From the NCBI GenBank assembly GCA_014728075.1, contig WJMG01000008.1, forward strand, positions 15,229-79,228: a DNA stretch of 64,000 nucleotides. Reading direction: 5' to 3'. This document shows positions 56,014-64,000 of this stretch, piece after piece. Source of the DNA: Candidatus Omnitrophota bacterium (GTDB taxonomy: Bacteria > Omnitrophota > Gorgyraeia > Tantalellales > Tantalellaceae). Made by a program: the position numbers and the translations under genes. A model generated the notes under the pieces. It was not told the DNA's origin. It was given only the letters and a program-made list of their open reading frames with translations, and made no database searches. Every line of letters starts with the position of its first letter. Within the stretch, counting starts at the first letter, position 1.

Positions 56014-57297
56014 ATGACAACAGTACGATTCGCGCCCAGCCCGACGGGTTTTCTGCATCTGGGGAGCGCGAGGACCGCGCTCGTGAACTGGCTTTTCGCC
56101 AGGAAGCAGGGCGGAAAGATGCTTCTGCGGGTAGAAGATACCGATAAGATCCGCTCAAAAGAGGAATACCTTGAGGAGATACTGGAAGACCTGAAATGGC
56201 TCGGGCTCGACTGGGACGGTGAACTTACATACCAGAGCAAAAGGTTCGCGGTTTACAGGCAGAAGGCCGAACAGCTGCTTGCCGGGGGTAAGGCTTACAG
56301 AGAAGGAGATGCGATAATATACAAAGTGGAGAACGGCCGTACTATCGAGATAGATGACATGATACACGGCAGTATCGCTTTCAGCACCGACGAGATAAAA
56401 GACCAGGTGATGCTCAAATCCGACGGCTCACCCGCTTATAATTTCTGCTGCGTGGTGGACGACGCCGAGCTGGGAATAACTCACATAATAAGGGGAGACG
56501 ACCATATCTCCAATACTCCCAAGCAGGTGCTTTTCTACGAGGCGCTGGGTTGTAACCCTCCGGTATTCGGGCACATGCCCCTTATGATGGGGGCGGACGG
56601 CGCTAAACTGTCAAAAAGGCACGGCGGAGTTTCGGTGGAGGAATACAGGAAAGAGGGCTTTATGCCGGAAGCCGTTGTCAATTATCTGATGCTGCTGGGG
56701 TGGTCGCCCGGGGATGACAGGGAGATACTGTCCCTTTCCGAAGCCGTAAAACTTTTCGATATAAAGGACATGAGCGATGTCCAGTCGAGATTCGACATAC
56801 AGAAATTCACCTGGATAAACGCCGAGTATATAAAGGCAACCGATACGGAACAGCTGGCCCGGCTTATAAGGTCTTATTGCTCGGAGAACGGCATGGATAT
56901 CTCTTCGATGAAAGAGGATGAATTCCTCGAGCTGGTAGACCTTTACAAGGTCAGGATAAAGACGCTCGCCGAGTTCTATCCCCTGACAGAATCTTTTTTT
57001 ACCGACGATTTCCGCGTCGATGAGAAAGGAAGGAAAAAATATCTCGACAAGGAGGGCAACAGGGAGAACCTGAAGGTGTTCGCTGACCGTATTGAGGAGA
57101 TGGACGACTTCGGCCATGAAAAGATAGAGCAGGTCTGCAGGGATATAGCCGAAGAAAGGAGCCTGAAGGCGGCGCAGATAATTCACCCGACGAGAATGGC
57201 TATAAGCGGACAGACAAGAGGCGCGGGCCTCTTCGAGATGATGGAAGTCCTTGGAAAAGAGAAAGTTCTGGAAAGGATGAGGAAGGCGGCGGAATAA
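56014..57297 (+). CDS. gltX: glutamyl-tRNA synthetase
   Basis: RFAPSPTG.LHLG, R.EDTD, IRGDDH..NT, KLSKR. Confidence 0.95.
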   Translation: MTTVRFAPSPTGFLHLGSARTALVNWLFARKQGGKMLLRVEDTDKIRSKEEYLEEILEDLKWLGLDWDGELTYQSKRFAVYRQKAEQLLAGGKAYREGDAIIYKVENGRTIEIDDMIHGSIAFSTDEIKDQVMLKSDGSPAYNFCCVVDDAELGITHIIRGDDHISNTPKQVLFYEALGCNPPVFGHMPLMMGADGAKLSKRHGGVSVEEYRKEGFMPEAVVNYLMLLGWSPGDDREILSLSEAVKLFDIKDMSDVQSRFDIQKFTWINAEYIKATDTEQLARLIRSYCSENGMDISSMKEDEFLELVDLYKVRIKTLAEFYPLTESFFTDDFRVDEKGRKKYLDKEGNRENLKVFADRIEEMDDFGHEKIEQVCRDIAEERSLKAAQIIHPTRMAISGQTRGAGLFEMMEVLGKEKVLERMRKAAE

Positions 57298-57375
57298 CAG
57301 CATACAGCGTACAGGATACAGCGTATAGTTATAAGCCCTGAACGCTACACGCTGTACGCTATACGCTTAAACATT

Positions 57376-59055
57376 ATGGAAGAAAAACGAAAAACCAATT
57401 TTATACGCGAGATAATTGAAAAAGACCTCGAAGCCGGCAAGTGGGACGGGCGGGTGTGTACGCGTTTTCCGCCCGAACCGAACGGCTATCTCCACATAGG
57501 CCACGCGAAGAGCATATGTCTTAATTACGGGATCGCCCGCGATTACAGGGGTACTTTCAATTTAAGGTTCGATGATACCAATCCCTGCGCGGAAGAACAG
57601 GAGTATGTCGATTCCATCAAGGAGGATGTTAAATGGCTCGGCGCCGACTGGGAAGAACGGCTGTTTTTCGCTTCGGACTATTTCGAGCGGATGTACGGTT
57701 ACGCGCTGCGCCTTATAGAAAAAGGCAAAGCGTATGTATGTGACCAGAGCCTTGAGGAAGTGAGGCGCGACAGGGGCTCCATAAGCGAGCCGGGAAAAGA
57801 GAGCCCCTACAGGGAGAGAAGCGTTCCGGAGAACCTTGAGCTTTTCGCGAAAATGAGAAAGGGAGAGTTTTCCGACGGATCAAAGACGCTGCGGGCGAAA
57901 ATAGACATGAAACACCCCAACCTGTTGATGAGGGACCCGGTGATGTACAGGATCCTGCACGCGGGGCATCACAGGACGGGGGATGAGTGGTGTATTTATC
58001 CCATGTACGACTGGGCCCACGGCCTTGAAGATTCGCTCGAGGGTATAACACACTCTCTTTGCACTCTGGAGTTCGCGACACACAGGGAGCTTTACGACTG
58101 GTATCTTGAAGAGCTCGGGGTGTACCATCCCCGGCAGATAGAGTTCGCCCGGCTCAACCTGGGGCATACCGTCCTGAGCAAAAGAAAGCTTCTCCTTCTG
58201 GTGAGAGAAAAGCATGTTTCCGGTTGGGACGATCCCAGGATGCCGACCATTTCAGGCCTCAGGAGAAGGGGGTACACTCCTTCTTCAATAAGGTCTTTCT
58301 GTGAGACCATAGGAGTCGCCAGGATGAACAGCATAGTCGATATGGTGGTCCTGGAGAATAGCATACGCGAAGAGCTTAACAGGACGGCCCGGAGGGTAAT
58401 GGCTGTTCTCGATCCCCTGAAGGTGGTGATAACCAACTATCCGGAAGGGCGGGAAGAGTCTCTGGAGGCGGTGAACAATCCTGAAGACGGGTCGGCGGGA
58501 ACCAGAAAAGTCCCGTTCTCCCGGGAGCTGTATATCGAACGAAAAGACTTTATGGAGGACCCTCCTAAAAAGTTCTTCCGCCTGGCTCCCGGCAGGGAAG
58601 TCCGGTTAAGGTACGCTTATTTCATAACCTGCCGTGAAGCCGTCAAGGACGAAAAAGGCAATGTGACCGAACTGAGGTGCACTTACGACCCCGAGACCAG
58701 AGGAGGGGACGCTCCCGACGGCCGGAAGGTGAAAGGTACTTTGCACTGGGTTTCCGCGAAGCATGCCGTAAAAGCGGAGGTCCGGTTGTACGACCATCTT
58801 TTCTCCGTACGCGATCCTAACGAGGTTGAGGAAGGAGGGGACTTTACGGACAACCTTAACCCCGATTCCTTAAAAGTAGTTAAGGATTGCCGGATAGAGC
58901 CGTTCATAAAAGAAACGGACAAAAGCGAGCGGCTCCAGTTCGAAAGAACGGGGTATTTTCGGCAGGATCCCGAAGATTCGAGCGGGGAGAGTCCGGTCTT
59001 TAACCGTATCGCGTCTTTGAGAGATACCTGGGCGAAGATGCAGAAGAAGAAATAG
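57376..59055 (+). CDS. glnS: glutaminyl-tRNA synthetase
   Basis: [46 protein letters not shown]. Confidence 0.97.
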   Translation: MEEKRKTNFIREIIEKDLEAGKWDGRVCTRFPPEPNGYLHIGHAKSICLNYGIARDYRGTFNLRFDDTNPCAEEQEYVDSIKEDVKWLGADWEERLFFASDYFERMYGYALRLIEKGKAYVCDQSLEEVRRDRGSISEPGKESPYRERSVPENLELFAKMRKGEFSDGSKTLRAKIDMKHPNLLMRDPVMYRILHAGHHRTGDEWCIYPMYDWAHGLEDSLEGITHSLCTLEFATHRELYDWYLEELGVYHPRQIEFARLNLGHTVLSKRKLLLLVREKHVSGWDDPRMPTISGLRRRGYTPSSIRSFCETIGVARMNSIVDMVVLENSIREELNRTARRVMAVLDPLKVVITNYPEGREESLEAVNNPEDGSAGTRKVPFSRELYIERKDFMEDPPKKFFRLAPGREVRLRYAYFITCREAVKDEKGNVTELRCTYDPETRGGDAPDGRKVKGTLHWVSAKHAVKAEVRLYDHLFSVRDPNEVEEGGDFTDNLNPDSLKVVKDCRIEPFIKETDKSERLQFERTGYFRQDPEDSSGESPVFNRIASLRDTWAKMQKKK

Positions 59056-59230
59056 GAAAAACCTATTTCCCCGCGTCACGCGCGCCGTGCCGCGGTAAGA
59101 TCTTTGAGAAAATATATTACATTCGGGTTTCAGTTGTAAAGGTCTGAGAGAGTGTGAGTAATTGATCATTAGAGCAGTAGGCCGCAATAGAACAAAAATG
59201 CTCTAATGCTCCAATGTTCTATTGCTCTAA

Positions 59231-59268
59231 TTGATAAAAAGGCCTGCGACCGCAGGCCTTTTTATCAA
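59231..59268. terminator. bidirectional intrinsic terminator
   Basis: TTGATAAAAAGGCCTGCG-AC-CGCAGGCCTTTTTATCAA perfect inverted repeat. Confidence 0.8.
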
Positions 59269-59271
59269 ATA

Positions 59272-59289
59272 TGGTCGGGATGCAGGGAC
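59272..59289 (-). repeat. duplicated tRNA 3' end (att-like)
   Basis: TGGTCGGGATGCAGGGAC vs TGGTTGGGATGCAGGGAC at 59486 (17/18). Confidence 0.7.
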
Positions 59290-59485
59290 ACCCAGGAGCG
59301 AAGCGACGCAGGATCCCCTGATCACAAAGCATATTTGCGAAGAGAAGGGCTGGGAAAGATCACTTTCAGCAGCGATTCGATGAGCATATACCAGCGATCA
59401 ATTGACAGTTTGAAAAAGAAGCGATAGAAAATGATCGCACAGGTATTAAAAAAGGCCAACCGGAAAGTCAGCCTTTTTTAATAGA

Positions 59486-59560
59486 TGGTTGGGATGCAGG
59501 GACTCGAACCCCGAACAAATGATCCAGAGTCATTCGTGTTACCAATTACACCACATCCCA
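59486..59560 (-). tRNA. tRNA-Gln (CTG)
   Basis: TGGGATG...AATGA-CTCTGGA-TCATT...GGTTCGAGTCC...CATCCCAACCA. Confidence 0.95.
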
Positions 59561-59701
59561 ACGGATCTGTAGAAATACGGTCATTATTATACTACAAAAC
59601 GGTTATTTTTAAAGATTTTTCTGAGAATGCGCCGGGATGGCCGCCCTTTGAAGGGCTGAGGCAGATGGTCGGGGAAAAGAAGTATTCCGGCAGGGGTCAT
59701 T

Positions 59702-60673
59702 ATGCGGGAACACGGGAAAAATAACATACGGCAGATTAAATGTGCGACGGCGTTCATCGCGTTATTGTTCGCTTTTTTCTTTACCGCGGCTTTCGCGGAG
59801 GAAGAAGATGCAAGGGGCGATGTCAGGTTCGTTGTGACGGGGTGCTGGCATCTGGGGGAGTCGGACCCGGCCGAATGGGCGGAAGCGGTCGCGAAAATAA
59901 ATAGGTTTTCGCCCGATCTGGTCATCTTTCTCGGCAGTATGGTCGATCTGGTGGGGGACGGCGAAAGAAGAACGGGGTACAGCACGCGCCGCGCTTTCGA
60001 GGAAGGCATAAAGCTTTCGCCCGAAGAAGTCGACGAAAGATGGGCTCTCTTCGATAAGATAACCGGCTCCCTGGACGCGCCCGTCTACGATGTCCCCAGC
60101 GAAAGAACGATCCCCGCCAATAACACCGGTATTACCGAAAGGGCCTTTCTTGAAAGGAATAAGGGAAGGTTCTATTCCGTGGTTTTTGAGGGGTTTCTCT
60201 TTATTTTTCTGGATTCGGAATTCCATAACAGGACAGATCTAAGGCAGAGAGGCCTTATAGACCACGAGCAGATGGATTTTCTCGAGGAAGCGCTCGTTAA
60301 TTCCGGTGAATATGAGAATGTCTTTGTGTTTATACACGCCGCCGCATGGGCGCCCCCTTTCAGGCGGGAAAGCATGTGGTGGCGGAGAATACATCCTCTG
60401 TTACGGGGGAAGGCCGGCCATGTTTTCGGCGCCTGCCTTCATTTCCTGGACCATAAGAATGTTGAGGGGGTTAATTACTACATTACCGGCGCAGCGCCCC
60501 ACTGGCCGGACCCGGACCCCGGAAAAATGTCGTTCCCGCATTTTCTCGTTGTTGATATCGCCGGTAAAAAAGTTTCGGTTAAAGTTGTTCCGACCGGACC
60601 CGTAGATCTGGATGAAATAATACGGCCCAACAAGGTTTCCCGTGAAACGGGTTTTCCCGGAGGCGACAGGTAA
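59702..60673 (+). CDS. exported calcineurin-like metallophosphoesterase-fold protein with degenerate metal motifs
   Basis: Signal peptide; RFVVTGCWHLG, PDLVIFLGSMVD, FIFLDSE, VFVFIH. Confidence 0.75.
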   Translation: MREHGKNNIRQIKCATAFIALLFAFFFTAAFAEEEDARGDVRFVVTGCWHLGESDPAEWAEAVAKINRFSPDLVIFLGSMVDLVGDGERRTGYSTRRAFEEGIKLSPEEVDERWALFDKITGSLDAPVYDVPSERTIPANNTGITERAFLERNKGRFYSVVFEGFLFIFLDSEFHNRTDLRQRGLIDHEQMDFLEEALVNSGEYENVFVFIHAAAWAPPFRRESMWWRRIHPLLRGKAGHVFGACLHFLDHKNVEGVNYYITGAAPHWPDPDPGKMSFPHFLVVDIAGKKVSVKVVPTGPVDLDEIIRPNKVSRETGFPGGDR

Positions 60674-62625
60674 TGCTGTTAAAGAGAACATTATTCACGG
60701 TCTTTGTGATCGTCAGTTCACTTATGGGTCCTGCCTGCACACGCGCCGGCGAGGAAGGGACGCGGTTCATCGTGCTCGGGGACCTGCACTTCGGTATAAC
60801 GGACCAGGATGAGTTCAGGGAAATAGCGGCCGTGATCAACAGTTATGGCCCTGATATGGTGGTCTTTCTGGGGAACGGGATAGACCTTGTCGGTGAACGC
60901 CCCCCTCTTGATATCAGCCAATACGATACTTTGACGGCTTTCCGGAGAGGCGAAAAACTCAACCGTAAGCAGATGCTGTTCCTTGACAGCGAGTTCAGGG
61001 AGGTTGCGGAGACGATAGACGCTCCGGTATACGGTGTCACGGGAGACAGGAACATTCCTGCCAACAACCCGGATCTTGCCGAACGGCTTTTCCTGGACCG
61101 TTACGGAAAACGCTACTACTCGCTGGTCATGGGAAATAACCTTTTTATAATGCTCGATTCGGAGCAGGATAACACCGCCGGCCTGAAACAGAGAGGCCAC
61201 ATAAGCGGCGAACAGCTGGAATTTCTCAGGGATAAGCTGGAGGATGCGGATAAATACGATAATGTTTTCGTTTTCATGCATAAGACGAACTGGCTCGAAC
61301 CTTCCGAAAAAGAAAAAAGGCTGTTCGATATGCTTCATCGCGAATTGGCCGGAAGGGCCGATCATGTCTTTACCAGCGGGGAATTTGTGCTGGACAGGAT
61401 GGAAAAGGACAATGTCACTTACATCACCTCCGGAGGAAATCCCAACTGGGAAACGATGAAACCGTTCCCTTCATTTTTTCATTTTCTTATCGTGGACGCG
61501 GACGGTCAGGATGTGGAAATTAAAGTAGTCCCTCTTGAGCCGGTGAAAATAGAAGACCTTGTCGTTTCACAATATAACCTCGCGCGCCGGGGCGGTAGCC
61601 TGGAGCAGAAAATATGGCTGGACAATCCTCTGAGGGTCTCCATGCTTGAGCCCGGGGATATCGTCAGCGCGGTAGCCCCTGATAAAGGCGATGCCGTGCT
61701 TGACCTGGGAGCGGGAACGGGTATATTTACTTTTATCTTCGCGGAAAAAGTAGGTCCTTCGGGAAAAGTTTTCGCCACGGAAACAAGTAAGTCGCTCGTG
61801 AAGCATATTGAACAAGAGGCCGAAGCCGAAGGCTTCGGTAACATAGAAGCGATTACCGTTAAGTCCGAGGGCGTAGACCCTTTCTATGCAGGCCACAGGT
61901 TCGACATAATATTCCTTTGTGATGTTTATGAGCTTATCGAACGCCCCGTGGAATACTTTTCGGAATTAAGGCGCAGCCTTGTCCCCGGAGGAAGGATGTT
62001 CATAGTCTATTACAGGTTCGATTCCGATTTTACCCCGCTAGAGTTCAGGGAAACTGAAAGCCTTAAGCAGAGGCTTGGGCTCGAAGAGGAAGATTTTCCT
62101 CTTTATTCAAGGTTGTCCGCCGCGACGGTCAATTCTCTCCGGGACGGGGAAGGGCCTTTGACCGGAGGACAAGTGGCTGAATTGACGGCTGAGCTGAACG
62201 ATATTCTGGACGACAGGACCCTTTTCCCCGAACTCGTGGAGTACTACGGGGCCAAACGGACCTCTACGGGAAAGATGATATACAGGTTCATTCACCCCAA
62301 GGATATCGCTCTGGTGGAATGGCTGGTCGAATACCTGGAAGACAGGGACGCCTTTTCGCCGGGCAGGGAGATATCGCCCCGTACGCGTAAACAGCTTCGA
62401 AGGCTTAACCGGATAAGCCTCGCGGGAATATTTAGGAATACAACGCTTTACGATATTTTCAGAGTTGACCGCCTGGGTTATGTAGATGATACGCAGGTCA
62501 TTTCCGATATGGAAAAGGCCGGATACGAATTCACCGGCAGGCGCGATACCCTCCGTTACCATTACATACTTGAGTTCAAGAATGGGAGTCCAAAAAGCTC
62601 CCGGGGAGAAATACATGAGCAATAG
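60673..62625 (+). CDS. metallophosphoesterase-fold domain fused to class I SAM methyltransferase
   Basis: RFIVLGDLHFG, PDMVVFLGNGID; VLDLGAGTG, VGPSGKVFATE, FDIIF, L.PGGR. Confidence 0.8.
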   Translation: MLLKRTLFTVFVIVSSLMGPACTRAGEEGTRFIVLGDLHFGITDQDEFREIAAVINSYGPDMVVFLGNGIDLVGERPPLDISQYDTLTAFRRGEKLNRKQMLFLDSEFREVAETIDAPVYGVTGDRNIPANNPDLAERLFLDRYGKRYYSLVMGNNLFIMLDSEQDNTAGLKQRGHISGEQLEFLRDKLEDADKYDNVFVFMHKTNWLEPSEKEKRLFDMLHRELAGRADHVFTSGEFVLDRMEKDNVTYITSGGNPNWETMKPFPSFFHFLIVDADGQDVEIKVVPLEPVKIEDLVVSQYNLARRGGSLEQKIWLDNPLRVSMLEPGDIVSAVAPDKGDAVLDLGAGTGIFTFIFAEKVGPSGKVFATETSKSLVKHIEQEAEAEGFGNIEAITVKSEGVDPFYAGHRFDIIFLCDVYELIERPVEYFSELRRSLVPGGRMFIVYYRFDSDFTPLEFRETESLKQRLGLEEEDFPLYSRLSAATVNSLRDGEGPLTGGQVAELTAELNDILDDRTLFPELVEYYGAKRTSTGKMIYRFIHPKDIALVEWLVEYLEDRDAFSPGREISPRTRKQLRRLNRISLAGIFRNTTLYDIFRVDRLGYVDDTQVISDMEKAGYEFTGRRDTLRYHYILEFKNGSPKSSRGEIHEQ

Positions 62626-63808
62626 ACGCATTTACCTGGATAACAACGCGACGACACCGCTTCATCCTGAGGTCAAGACGGCACTTAAAGAAGGAATGGA
62701 TGCTTACGGGAACCCCTCGAGCATGCACTCTTTCGGAAGAGAAGCCAGAACGCTTGTGGAAAAGGCGCGTGAGAATGTAGCGTCCTTCATAGGGGCTTCC
62801 GCCGAGGAGCTCGTGTTCGTGGGGAGCGGCTCGGAAGCCAACAATACAGTGCTATCCATTTTCACCTGTACCCTTGAAAAGAAATGCACCTGTGACCGGT
62901 GCGGAGGTTCCGGGGTAATAACCACTACGATCGAGCACCCATGCGTTCTGGAGACCTCAAAATGCCTGATCGACAAAGGTGTTAATGTGAGGTACATAGG
63001 GGTAGACAGGTACGGGAAAGTGGATCCGGAAAAACTCGCGGAAATGATAGACGGGGAGACCGGTCTGGTGTCCATAATGATGGCAAATAACGAGATAGGC
63101 ACCATTCTGGACATAAAAGAGCTGGCCGGGGTCGTACACGAAAAAGGAGCGCTTTTCCATACCGACGCAGTACAGGCCGTGGGAAAGGTGCCCGTGGATG
63201 TCAATGAACTGGGTGTGGATTTCCTCACCATATCCGCGCACAAGATGTACGGGCCTAAGGGCGTCGGGGCTCTTTACATAAGGAAAGGTATACCTTTTTG
63301 CCCTCTCATAAGGGGGGGGCATCAGGAAAAGGGCCGCCGGGCGGGCACCGAGAACACCCTCGGCATCATAGGCTTGAGCAAAGCGGTAGATATGAGAAGA
63401 AAGGAGATGAAGGACGAGGAAGAGAGGCTTCTCGGGTTCAAAACGAGACTCAAGGAGGGCCTGGAAGCCGCTGTCCCCGATATAAGTTTCAACGGCCACC
63501 CGGAGGACAGCCTTCCGGGGACGGTAAATGTTTCTTTTGAAGGGGCCGAGGGGGAAGCTATTCTGCTTTACCTTGATATGGAAGGGATAGCCGTTTCTAC
63601 CGGGTCCGCGTGCGCTTCCGGATCGCTTGACCCTTCGCATGTTCTCCTGGCCACCGGACTTTCCGCCGAATACGCCCATGGCTCCGTGAGAATAAGCATG
63701 GGGAGGGAAACGACCGGGAAAGACATAGACAGGGTACTTGCCGTTTTCCCGGAGGTCATAAACAGGATAAGGAATATGTCTTCAGCGTATAAAAAGGGGG
63801 AGAAATGA
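62615..63808 (+). CDS. nifS: cysteine desulfurase (NifS/IscS)
   Basis: YLDNNATT, GNPSS.H, ANNEIG, HTDAVQ, SAHK.YGPKG, STGSAC. Confidence 0.95.
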   Translation: MSNRRIYLDNNATTPLHPEVKTALKEGMDAYGNPSSMHSFGREARTLVEKARENVASFIGASAEELVFVGSGSEANNTVLSIFTCTLEKKCTCDRCGGSGVITTTIEHPCVLETSKCLIDKGVNVRYIGVDRYGKVDPEKLAEMIDGETGLVSIMMANNEIGTILDIKELAGVVHEKGALFHTDAVQAVGKVPVDVNELGVDFLTISAHKMYGPKGVGALYIRKGIPFCPLIRGGHQEKGRRAGTENTLGIIGLSKAVDMRRKEMKDEEERLLGFKTRLKEGLEAAVPDISFNGHPEDSLPGTVNVSFEGAEGEAILLYLDMEGIAVSTGSACASGSLDPSHVLLATGLSAEYAHGSVRISMGRETTGKDIDRVLAVFPEVINRIRNMSSAYKKGEK

Positions 63809-64000
63809 CAGACAGCCGGGAATGGGTATATACTGAAAAGGTGAAAGACCATTTCATGAACCCCAGGAACATACTAATGGACGAAAAAGGTTACGAGGCC
63901 GACGGCAAAGGTATTGTAGGCAATATCAAATGCGGCGACCAGATGATAGCCTACATAAAGGTCGATAGGGAAAAAGGCGTTATAACCGATTTTAAGTGGA
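63805..64000 (+). CDS. NifU/IscU scaffold, N-terminal part (runs off window)
   Basis: MTDSREWVYTEKVKDHFMNPRN...GNIKCGD; ATGA overlap with nifS. Confidence 0.9.
   Translation, partial: MTDSREWVYTEKVKDHFMNPRNILMDEKGYEADGKGIVGNIKCGDQMIAYIKVDREKGVITDFKW

Overview
A bacterial chromosome segment of moderate GC, almost entirely + strand. The anaerobic gene set and a PVC-type prepilin/H-X9-DG protein suggest a PVC-superphylum anaerobe such as Ca. Omnitrophota; this is inference only. Positions 1-17050 are a dense general/oxidative stress cluster (baeRF3-like, Fpg, DegP, TrxR, SodC, superoxide reductase, SbtA-like Cys-repeat peptide, AraC-type response regulator with PAS kinase, MgtC, ChaB, ferritin-like, PRC-barrel, PfpI) ending at tRNA-fMet. 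The rest is housekeeping: purBMDE, glmS, gmk-rpoZ-coaCB, tRNA-Cys/Leu/Val, thrS-infC-rpmI-rplT-ktrBA-pheST, 6S RNA, rarA, Fe-S genes, rny, xseAB-dxs, a 2-oxoacid:ferredoxin oxidoreductase, gltX-glnS, tRNA-Gln, two degenerate metallophosphoesterases and nifS-nifU. The strongest unexplained signal is at 30350-31950. A ~210-225 bp element sits directly behind both tRNA-Cys and tRNA-Val and shows about a dozen compensatory base-pair changes between the two copies. Between these copies, a decayed LAGLIDADG endonuclease lies between a broken and an intact tRNA-Leu(UAA). Also notable are a shared 21-bp-period promoter motif in the stress cluster and intergenic mosaics of several repeat families. All calls are from visual motif recognition; no database searches were run.
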